Virus record (IMG/VR): IMGVR_UViG_3300042197_001179
Location: 3,870-67,869 of that record
From: a virus
DNA length: 64,000 nt
Direction: 5' to 3' (one strand)
Shown: piece after piece, positions 27,072 through 35,076 of the stretch
How the letters are laid out: each line of letters opens with the position of its first letter
Position numbering within the stretch: the first letter of the stretch is position 1
Made by a program: the position numbers and the translations under genes
The notes under the pieces: generated by a model
The model's database searches: none
What the model saw: the letters and a program-made list of their open reading frames with translations, nothing else
What the model was told of the DNA's origin: nothing

Positions 27072-28076
27072 TTACTTGACTTCAGCGGCTTCAGCGGCCT
27101 TTTTCTGAGCTTCTTCGCTACGCTTACGAGCCTTTTCAGCTTCGCGCTGCTTCTTGAGTTCAGCAGCTTCCTGCTTACGCTGCTCGTCCTTAGCTTTCTG
27201 AGCTTCGACAGAAAGAGGATCAAGATGCAGAGTCCAAAGAAGGGCAAGCTGGAACGCTTCCTTGGGAGTCGTGATTCCAGTCTTACCAATCAGCATGGTA
27301 GCAACTTCACCAGAATCAGCGGCATCCTTGATGTCACGCATCTTCTGAAGATACGCAACAGGCTGGAATTCAGCGGGAGCAGCATCGCCACCCTTACGCT
27401 TAGCTTCAGCGATTTCCTTGGCACGCTTGTTGACCTGCGGGACGAATTCCTCAGGCGTCAGCGTCATCGCACGCTCCACCCAATCATTCTGCTCTTCGAT
27501 AGGCAGCTTAGCCAGAGCATACGCATTGGACAGAGGAATCTTTCCTTCGTTGATCAGTTCACCGATGACAGGATTCTCAATCTTGTTCAGACCGAGACGA
27601 TCCTTGATCCAGCCTTCCGACTTGCCGAGCTTCTTGGCCAGTTCGACTTCGGTCATCAGAGGATTCATCGCAAGGATTCGACGAAGCTGCTGGCTGTATT
27701 CCTTCGGCTTGGTCTCGACCTTGTGAATGTTGGCCATAATCTGAGCTTCGAGAACCTGAGCATCGTTCAAGGAAACGATGTCCACGTTGATCTCAGTCAG
27801 ACCGGCATCCTTGGAAGCGTTGAATCGGTGCAGACCGTCAACAAGCTCAAAATACTCTTCGCCGGTTTCACGATCCTTCTGCGGGCGAACCGTGATGGCG
27901 CCAAGGAATCCCTTTTCCCGAATCGAAGAAACGAGGCCAAGATACTCCTCGCTTTGTCGATTCACGTTACGCAGTGCAACAGGATTCTCACGAATCTTCG
28001 TAAGAGCCAGAACAGTGAGTTGTCCGAAAACCGTAATCATACGATTACTGGTTTTCCCGGTACTAGCGTGCATCAT
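27072..28076 (-). CDS. ParB-like protein with N-terminal leader (...NRMITVF)
   Basis: SIREKGFLGAI, LVDGLHR, ANIHK, HTH (ELAKKLGKSEGWI), charged C-terminal tail; GGGAG RBS. Confidence 0.9.
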   Translation of the reverse strand: MMHASTGKTSNRMITVFGQLTVLALTKIRENPVALRNVNRQSEEYLGLVSSIREKGFLGAITVRPQKDRETGEEYFELVDGLHRFNASKDAGLTEINVDIVSLNDAQVLEAQIMANIHKVETKPKEYSQQLRRILAMNPLMTEVELAKKLGKSEGWIKDRLGLNKIENPVIGELINEGKIPLSNAYALAKLPIEEQNDWVERAMTLTPEEFVPQVNKRAKEIAEAKRKGGDAAPAEFQPVAYLQKMRDIKDAADSGEVATMLIGKTGITTPKEAFQLALLWTLHLDPLSVEAQKAKDEQRKQEAAELKKQREAEKARKRSEEAQKKAAEAAEVK

Positions 28077-28178
28077 AGTGATGCTCCCATAAAAGAACAG
28101 GAATCTTTTTCCACGCAATCAAATCTATTTGATCTGATTGTTTGCGTAGGGCAATGTATCGACATCGCCGTATACCCT

Positions 28179-28203
28179 TACGTCGAAAAGCGGTTATTAT
28201 TCC
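28179..28203 (-). promoter_or_regulatory. Candidate alternative-sigma promoter GGAATAA-N12-GACGTA (leftward replication operon)
   Basis: Same motif and spacing at three operon heads. Confidence 0.7.
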
Positions 28204-28372
28204 ATCGACGTAAAATGTTGCAATACATATACTTACGCTTTCCACTACACTAATTGCAGTATACTATATTTATTGTTCATTCATTCATTCATTCATTTTC
28301 ATAGGGGGTTAATAGATACTTGTTTAGTTAGTAAAACGTAAGTTACGGTATTGCAACATTTTACGCTTAAAT

Positions 28373-28397
28373 GGAATAATAAACCAGTCTAGACGTA
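28373..28397 (+). promoter_or_regulatory. Candidate alternative-sigma promoter GGAATAA-N12-GACGTA (primase operon)
   Basis: Same motif and spacing at three operon heads. Confidence 0.7.
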
Positions 28398-28473
28398 AGG
28401 GTATATGGTATGGTCTAATTAAAAAACGATTTGATTCTAATCAAATCACTCAAAATCCTTTTGGAGCAATCTT

Positions 28474-31170
28474 ATGAGTGTAACGCGGTCGGAAGCTATC
28501 AAAAACTTCTTACGTGAAAAGGCCAGAAGTGATTTAGCTGCACTGTATTCAATTGACATGGAAGTTCAAGTCAACGTCGCACAAGATGGCGGTGATCGTG
28601 TTGAAGGTGATTATAAAGGAAAGATGTGGCAAGGTTGGACTGATGGTGTCACAACCTGGAAACCTTTTAGAATCCCGTACAAAGCTAACAGCTCACCTGA
28701 ATACACTGACGTAAAAATGTCTTTTGATTTAGCCACGCACGCTGAAGGAATTGGCATGACAGGTTGGGATTGGAAAAATCTTTGCTCCCGTTGGGTAGCA
28801 TTTGATTTTGATGCAATCCTTGGTCACTCGGATAAACACCGCTCAACTTTGACCAGCGAAGAATTAGAAAAAATTCAAAGTGTTGCTACTGAAATTGATT
28901 GGATAACTGTACGCAAATCCACTTCTGGGAGAGGATTGCATTTATATGTTTTTCTTGATCCTGTAGTACCTACTGAAAATCATACTGAACACGCGGCACT
29001 TGCACGTGCGATACTTGGTACACTGTCCGCTATCACAGGGTTTAACTTTGATTCTAAAGTTGATAACTGTGGTGGAAACATGTGGGTATGGCATCGCAAA
29101 ATGGTTGGTACAGATGGTCTTACACTGATTAAACAAGGTACTAAACTTGCTAACGTGCCTGCAGGATGGCGGGATCATGTTGCAGTTGTAACCAACAAAC
29201 GCCGTAAAACTCTGCCACAGAATATTGGTGAGACATCTACTGGTAAAACGATTGATGAGTTAGCGGGGCAACAACCTAAAATCACTTTGGATGATGAGCA
29301 CAAGCGATTAATCAACTTCTTAAAAGATTCTAACAGCTTTTGGTGGTGGGATCAAGATCATCACATGCTCGTTACGCACACAAAGATTCTGGAATCGGCC
29401 CATGAAAGCCTGTGCTTAAAAGGATTCTTCAAAACTAACTCTAGAGGCTCAAATACAAACGAGCAAAACTGTTTTGCATTCCCCTTACGTCACGGCGTGT
29501 GGTCTGTACGTAGATATACACCGGGCGTACAAGAACACGAATCTTGGTCTCAAGATGGTTCAGGTTGGACTCGGTCCTACCTAAATAAAGAGCCTGATCT
29601 TAACTCAGCGGCACGAGCCTTCAATGGATTAGAAGATCCGTCTGGCGGTTTTGTTTTCCGTGAAACTGAAGTAGCTGTAAAAGCTCTTCAAACTATGGGG
29701 ATAATTGCAAATGTTGATACTGCTTATTTGGGTCGTGAAGCGATTGTTAAAACTCACAAAGATGGTCGTGTAGTATTGTCAGTTGAAAAGAAGGAAACTG
29801 ACACAGCAGAATCAATGAAAGGTTGGTTGCCTAAAAAGGGTAAGTGGGTTAAACTTTTTCAAATGCCGATCACTGATCCACTTGAACCTGAAGTAGGCAA
29901 CTATGATGATATTGTTCGACACTTGATTACTCATCAACATGAGGATCACGGTTGGGTAATCAAGTCTGATGAAGTTTGGCAAGATGAACCTTTGACCCAT
30001 GTTAGGGTAGCGTTAGGGTCTATGGGTTTGGATGGCAAAGAAATTACCGCGGTACTAGGTAATGCAATTCTAAAATCTTGGAAACTTGTTAATAAGCCAT
30101 TCCAGCCGGAGTATCCAGGTGATCGTGAATGGAACCGTGGTGCGGCTCAATTCAAATTTGTACCTACGTTAGATGATGATTTGCAGTACCCTACATGGTT
30201 AAAAATTTTACACCATTGCGGCAAGGGTTTGGATCGTGCAGTTAAAAATCATCCTTGGTGCAGGGCTAACAACATTTTAACTGGTGCAGATTACTTAAAA
30301 TGTTGGGTAGCGTCACTTTTCAAAGAACCATTAGAACCTCTACCATATCTTTTCTTTTATTCCGTAGAACAAAACACCGGCAAATCAATTTTCCACGAAG
30401 CTTTGTCACTACTCGTCACAAGCGGATACAAGCGTGCAGATGCAGCTATTACATCTACAGGCAGTTTTAATGCGGAATTAGAGGGCGCTTTAATTTGTGT
30501 GATTGAAGAAACTGACTTAAATAAAGATAAAACAGCCTACAACCGCATTAAAGATTGGGTGACAAGCAAAGACATTTTGATCCACAGAAAAGGTGAAACA
30601 CCTTACCATTCACCTAATACAACACATTGGATACAGTGTGCGAATGACCACATGGCTGTACCTATGTTTGCAGGTGATACGCGTATAACAGTTTGCCACG
30701 TAGAGCCACTTGATCCGCTGGAAATGATTCCTAAGAAAAAGTTGTTGCCCATGTTGGAAAAAGAGGCTCCACACTTTTTAGCAGCTGTGTTACGATTAGA
30801 GATTCCTGAATCTCCTGATCGATTAAATATCCCTGTAGTTGCAACACAAGACAAAGAACTTATTCAGAAGATTAACCAAAATGCTCTTGAGCGATTCTTG
30901 GAAGAAGTTTGCGAACCTGTATCTGGTCAAATGGTTAAATTTAGTGAGTTTTACGATAGATTCATTGCGTGGATTGATAACAATGAAGCGCAGTATTGGA
31001 GTAAGATTCGCGTAGGCCGTGAGCTTCCGCCCCAATATCCTAAAGCCCGAATACCTTTAGACGGTCAATTTTGGGTTGGTAATATTTGGTGGAAAAATCA
31101 GCCTGCACCATCTTCTAAACCAAAATTAATCATTAGTGAGAAAGGGATGTTAGTCCATGACAACTCTTAG
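28474..31170 (+). CDS. Primase-helicase (AEP-type primase plus SF3/D5-like helicase)
   Basis: AFDFD, STSGRGLHLY (AEP); EQNTGKS Walker A, VIEE, CAN in the C-terminal half. Confidence 0.88.
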   Translation: MSVTRSEAIKNFLREKARSDLAALYSIDMEVQVNVAQDGGDRVEGDYKGKMWQGWTDGVTTWKPFRIPYKANSSPEYTDVKMSFDLATHAEGIGMTGWDWKNLCSRWVAFDFDAILGHSDKHRSTLTSEELEKIQSVATEIDWITVRKSTSGRGLHLYVFLDPVVPTENHTEHAALARAILGTLSAITGFNFDSKVDNCGGNMWVWHRKMVGTDGLTLIKQGTKLANVPAGWRDHVAVVTNKRRKTLPQNIGETSTGKTIDELAGQQPKITLDDEHKRLINFLKDSNSFWWWDQDHHMLVTHTKILESAHESLCLKGFFKTNSRGSNTNEQNCFAFPLRHGVWSVRRYTPGVQEHESWSQDGSGWTRSYLNKEPDLNSAARAFNGLEDPSGGFVFRETEVAVKALQTMGIIANVDTAYLGREAIVKTHKDGRVVLSVEKKETDTAESMKGWLPKKGKWVKLFQMPITDPLEPEVGNYDDIVRHLITHQHEDHGWVIKSDEVWQDEPLTHVRVALGSMGLDGKEITAVLGNAILKSWKLVNKPFQPEYPGDREWNRGAAQFKFVPTLDDDLQYPTWLKILHHCGKGLDRAVKNHPWCRANNILTGADYLKCWVASLFKEPLEPLPYLFFYSVEQNTGKSIFHEALSLLVTSGYKRADAAITSTGSFNAELEGALICVIEETDLNKDKTAYNRIKDWVTSKDILIHRKGETPYHSPNTTHWIQCANDHMAVPMFAGDTRITVCHVEPLDPLEMIPKKKLLPMLEKEAPHFLAAVLRLEIPESPDRLNIPVVATQDKELIQKINQNALERFLEEVCEPVSGQMVKFSEFYDRFIAWIDNNEAQYWSKIRVGRELPPQYPKARIPLDGQFWVGNIWWKNQPAPSSKPKLIISEKGMLVHDNS

Positions 31171-31360
31171 AGAACTCATTAACAGATTAACGCCGGAGCA
31201 ACGTGAGTATTTGGACGTTGCTTTTGAAGATGTTTTCGCACGTTACGTAATGGTTAATGACTATTATGTTGGCGTGCATTTGATACCTACTCCAGAATTG
31301 ATTGAATCTGAACGAGTGGGTTTCTGGTCATGTGGAAAATTAAAGAAAGGCACACAGTGA
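31157..31360 (+). CDS. Hypothetical protein
   Basis: Coupled small ORF. Confidence 0.6.
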   Translation: MTTLRELINRLTPEQREYLDVAFEDVFARYVMVNDYYVGVHLIPTPELIESERVGFWSCGKLKKGTQ

Positions 31361-31914
31361 CAACCTTAGCATTCATAATGGGTCCTACGTGTACTGGTAA
31401 AAGTACACTCATTTCTTACATTGCAAATAATCATCCAGACGTAGGTGTTGTGTCTGTAGGAAAGATTCTTCGAGCAAAGTACCGTGCTTCATATTTCAAA
31501 GGATCAGGTTGTCCACAAGAGACTGCAGAAGAAGCCTGGAATTTGTGTGAAGAGAATGTTGAAAAATTCTTAACAGATGATAAAAAGTTGATCTTAATTG
31601 ATGGTCAACCGCGTGAAGTGGATCAAGTGGACAAGATTCTTCATGCTTGGGGCGATCTCTGCTTGCGATTCATTCTATTGGACGCTGGTACAGACGTTCG
31701 CGCTGCCCGAGCCGCGTTACGTTATCGGCCTGAACAGGTCGAGGAAATTGAGTTGACTAAAAATCGTTTGTATGCAGATGTTTTAAGTAATTTCAAAGTT
31801 GTAGCACACTTATTGAAACATTCTAGAAAAGTCGAAGTAGTTTGCAGTGACGCTTTGCCTGAAACGTACTGTGATAAAGTTTTACATTCCCTTGTAACTG
31901 GAGAACAGTTATGA
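31357..31914 (+). CDS. Nucleoside monophosphate kinase (adenylate kinase-like)
   Basis: GPTCTGKST, SVGKILR, LIDGQPR. Confidence 0.85.
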   Translation: MTTLAFIMGPTCTGKSTLISYIANNHPDVGVVSVGKILRAKYRASYFKGSGCPQETAEEAWNLCEENVEKFLTDDKKLILIDGQPREVDQVDKILHAWGDLCLRFILLDAGTDVRAARAALRYRPEQVEEIELTKNRLYADVLSNFKVVAHLLKHSRKVEVVCSDALPETYCDKVLHSLVTGEQL

Positions 31915-32798
31915 CAGATTTGTTAAGTATGTTGGATGATTTAGATGATTCATCTGACAAAATAAGTGCTGACACAATCGTAAAAGCTCCTTTCGGTTGG
32001 CCTGGAGGTAAGTCACGTTCAATTAAACACATCATACCTCTTCTACCGTACAAAGACGTTTGGTGCGATCATTTTGGCGGTTCGGGTACAGTGACACTGG
32101 CTAGGCGGCCTTGCAAATTAGAAATTTATAATGATCGATTTTCAGGGCTAACTGACTTGTATAGATGTATTCAAGACCCTGTGAAACTTCAATTGCTTGT
32201 TGATCGTCTTGAACACACAATCCACTCTAAAGAAACTTTTTTAGACGCTAAATCTACTTGGAAAAACTTCACTGATCCCGTTGAACGTGCGGCCAAATTC
32301 TACGAAATGGTTGTGTACTCTTTCGGAAAATTAGGTAGGAATTGGGGTAGAGCAAGAGTTCCTACTGGACGCGTATCTGGCATCTTGCGTGATGCGTTAC
32401 CAAACTTTTACAATATCCACGAAAGATTTAAGTATGTTCAAATTGAAAATGTTGACTTCAGAAAATGTATGAAAGATTATGATAGTGATGTCACTGTCCA
32501 CTATTGTGATCCTGATTACGTTGACACGAGTGCGGGAGTCTATGCTCACGGTATGTCTGTCGACGATCACAAAGATTTATTGAGACTTATTTTTGAAATG
32601 AAAGGATTTGTAGCTGTGTCAGGTTTGGCTAATCCATTATACGATGGATTCAAATGGGATGATCGTCGAACATGGAATTCGTACTGCTCCATAAAAAGCA
32701 TTAACAGTTCGGAAAACAATAACAAAGGAGATATTGCTCTTGTGGATGAAGGTAGAGGTCACCAAGAAGAAGTTTTATGGATTAAGGACTTCCGATGA
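31911..32798 (+). CDS. Dam-like DNA adenine methyltransferase with variant DPDY motif
   Basis: PFGWPGGKS, DHFGGSG, YND, IENVDF, YCDPDY, EVLW. Confidence 0.88.
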   Translation: MTDLLSMLDDLDDSSDKISADTIVKAPFGWPGGKSRSIKHIIPLLPYKDVWCDHFGGSGTVTLARRPCKLEIYNDRFSGLTDLYRCIQDPVKLQLLVDRLEHTIHSKETFLDAKSTWKNFTDPVERAAKFYEMVVYSFGKLGRNWGRARVPTGRVSGILRDALPNFYNIHERFKYVQIENVDFRKCMKDYDSDVTVHYCDPDYVDTSAGVYAHGMSVDDHKDLLRLIFEMKGFVAVSGLANPLYDGFKWDDRRTWNSYCSIKSINSSENNNKGDIALVDEGRGHQEEVLWIKDFR

Positions 32799-32983
32799 AT
32801 AAGCTCCATAAAGATATTGAACGGTTGGAAAAATTGGTTCCCACTGCAAAATCCTTTCCAAAAGGAATCTACTACTGGCAAGCTGCAATGTCGACTGTTA
32901 TTGAAGTAGATGAAAAGCGTGCTGAACGTCTTGAACGATTAGGTGAATCTGTCTGGCTGAAAGGACTCGCCAATGGCTCTTAA
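32795..32983 (+). CDS. Hypothetical protein
   Basis: ATGA coupled. Confidence 0.55.
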   Translation: MNKLHKDIERLEKLVPTAKSFPKGIYYWQAAMSTVIEVDEKRAERLERLGESVWLKGLANGS

Positions 32984-33611
32984 TTCATTGCAACATTGGA
33001 ATGGTTGTCAAATGTGCGTTATTGACACTGAGACAACTGGTTTAGACCCACAATTTCATGAACTGGTACAAATCTGCATTTTGCCACTTGATTCTAATAT
33101 GAATGTTAGGACCGATGTAATACCTTTTTACATTAATCTTAAGCCAGATCACCCTGAAAGGTTTGATCCGGGAGCCGGTATTGTCAATAAAATGGACTTG
33201 GCCAGTATCATCAAAACTGGCATGGACCGTGAAAAAGCTAAAGACTTGCTTGAGGAGTGGGTGGTTAAGTTAGGGCTGCCTTTGAATGCGAGAGGTTACA
33301 ATCGTTGCAAAATCATTCCAGCCGGGCATAACTACATTCAATTTGACTTACCATTCATTTTAAGATGGCTAACTAAACCTGTCTACGATGAAATTTTCCA
33401 CTACCATCCACGTGATACTATGGTGATTGCTGCGTATCTAAATGATCGTGCGGCATACCACGCTGAACGCGTACCATTTTCAAAAATCAGTTTAGATTGG
33501 GTCTGTAATCAATATGGCATTGAAAATCGCAAGGCACACGATGCCATGTCTGACTGTATTGCAACCGCAGCAGCTTTGAAAAAACTTCTTGAACGTGGAT
33601 TGATTGGTTAA
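32973..33611 (+). CDS. DEDDh 3'-5' exonuclease (DnaQ-like)
   Basis: IDTETTGL, GHN..FD, DT, HDAMSD. Confidence 0.92.
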   Translation: MALNSLQHWNGCQMCVIDTETTGLDPQFHELVQICILPLDSNMNVRTDVIPFYINLKPDHPERFDPGAGIVNKMDLASIIKTGMDREKAKDLLEEWVVKLGLPLNARGYNRCKIIPAGHNYIQFDLPFILRWLTKPVYDEIFHYHPRDTMVIAAYLNDRAAYHAERVPFSKISLDWVCNQYGIENRKAHDAMSDCIATAAALKKLLERGLIG

Positions 33612-33613
33612 AC

Positions 33614-33652
33614 AAAAAAACCCTCGCCCTTAAGTGGGCGAGGGTTTTTTTT
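33614..33652. terminator. Bidirectional intrinsic terminator between convergent operons
   Basis: A7-CCCTCGCCC-TTAAGT-GGGCGAGGG-T8. Confidence 0.93.
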
Positions 33653-33941
33653 ATTTGAAAGTTTTTCGATTTTTTAACAGTTCAACAGCTTTTGAACTGT
33701 CACTATCGCAAGTTAAACACAGTCGCCTATTAGTTACTTTGTTATTGACGCTGCACACTAAAACCGTGTTGTAGGAACATCCTGAACATTTTTTAGTAGC
33801 ACGATTAGAACAATCCTTTAATATCGCTATTGCTACTCTAGGATTCGTTGGGTGCGGTTCGTAGCCAAGCGGAATGGGTGGCGACTCACCGCGATCTGCG
33901 CACATTAAAATGCCTTCACCGGTGTCACGCCAACGATTCAT
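33651..33941 (-). CDS. Small Cys-rich protein
   Basis: Multiple Cys including CSGC and CLTC. Confidence 0.65.
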   Translation of the reverse strand: MNRWRDTGEGILMCADRGESPPIPLGYEPHPTNPRVAIAILKDCSNRATKKCSGCSYNTVLVCSVNNKVTNRRLCLTCDSDSSKAVELLKNRKTFK

Positions 33942-34669
33942 CGCAAATTCTCCATTACCTGAACCTCGTCAACAAGTGCTTTAGTTGCAGGAGATTGAAT
34001 ATGATTTAAGGCTTGTTTGTTTGCTTCGGATAAAGTTTCACGTGGGGCTATCTGCGAAACTGAGCAAACTAATTCAATCACAGCTGCACGGTATCGCCAA
34101 AGCAAATATGTCGCATAACCAAAAACTGCCACAGCTAAAACGATGCCAAAAGTGGTGAAGAGCCACATCCAGTCTCGGAAAACCTTACCTGCTATAGTGC
34201 TAGATATTCCTGAGACAAGAATGATTAACGGTACAGTGTACTGTTTAGTAATCAGAAAAATCAACACACTGGCAGGCACACACAAAGCACCTAAAACAAT
34301 CATCAACGTGTAGATTTTAGACTCAAGCGTACTGTGAACGTTTTTAAGTTTTTCAATCTCAGAATTTTTAGACTTTAAGAGCGTGTCATAATTCTGTTTA
34401 ACAGCAACTAATTCATTTGTAGCTTCGTTTATAGCTGCGGTTAACGCAATGTTTTTATCTTGCAAAGTTTTAATATCTTCCCATTGCGTTAAATTCGGTG
34501 CAACTTTCACACCAGAGTCTGCTACCTTTTTAGTAGTCTCAGAATTCTCTCGAATAGACTCCGTAGAGTGAGTGATTGTTGCTTTTGATTCTGCGACATC
34601 GTAATTAACAGCCGGACTCTTGCAGGCCGTTAAAAAGAATGCCGTGAAAAAGATGATCAAGTGTCGCAT
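33938..34669 (-). CDS. Lipoprotein with coiled coil and C-terminal transmembrane helices (possible lysis/spanin function)
   Basis: Signal peptide with LTAC lipobox, heptad-like region, three hydrophobic segments. Confidence 0.65.
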   Translation of the reverse strand: MRHLIIFFTAFFLTACKSPAVNYDVAESKATITHSTESIRENSETTKKVADSGVKVAPNLTQWEDIKTLQDKNIALTAAINEATNELVAVKQNYDTLLKSKNSEIEKLKNVHSTLESKIYTLMIVLGALCVPASVLIFLITKQYTVPLIILVSGISSTIAGKVFRDWMWLFTTFGIVLAVAVFGYATYLLWRYRAAVIELVCSVSQIAPRETLSEANKQALNHIQSPATKALVDEVQVMENLR

Positions 34670-35076
34670 TAGATTTCAGTCCTTTCTGCGTTTTTTATAG
34701 CTCTTTGCACTATCTTGACAGCCAACCACTCGAAGAATGGCAGACTACGTTTTTCAGCCTCCTCTTGAAGCCAACCTACAATAGTTTCAACATTAGCTTT
34801 GCACCATTCAACACCTTTAAGGTCCATTTGTTTGGCACGTGCATTACATGAACAATTTCCTGTAGCAGTGATTCCTACACGTTTCAACAGTTTTTTAAGT
34901 TCTGTGCCAGGCTTTCCTTTCTTTGTGAATTTTTTACCGAATGGACACTCAAACTCTTGTGAAGGCAGTTTATAGTATTGCTGCAGTTTGATGCGAGTAT
35001 GTATACCAGAATCAATGTCGCGACAAACTTCACAAAAGTTTCCACTTTTACACACGTGAGAATCTTTTAGCTGCAT
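34669..35076 (-). CDS. Cys-motif protein associated with the Cys-rich tail gene
   Basis: C...FCEVC, CPFGK, PGTELKKLL, CSC..RA..MD..G..WC. Confidence 0.75.
   Translation of the reverse strand: MQLKDSHVCKSGNFCEVCRDIDSGIHTRIKLQQYYKLPSQEFECPFGKKFTKKGKPGTELKKLLKRVGITATGNCSCNARAKQMDLKGVEWCKANVETIVGWLQEEAEKRSLPFFEWLAVKIVQRAIKNAERTEI

Larger units (their letters stand above)
28171..28405. repeat. Imperfect ~68-bp inverted repeat (28171-28237 / 28337-28405) around an AT-rich core with (TTCA)5
   Basis: Blocks TATACCCTTACGTC, TTATTATTCCAT, CGTAAAATGTTGCAATAC and ACTTACG are mirrored on the other arm. Confidence 0.9.

Noticed and set aside
27225-28253. 342-aa plus-strand ORF
   Set aside because: Antisense shadow of the ParB-like gene
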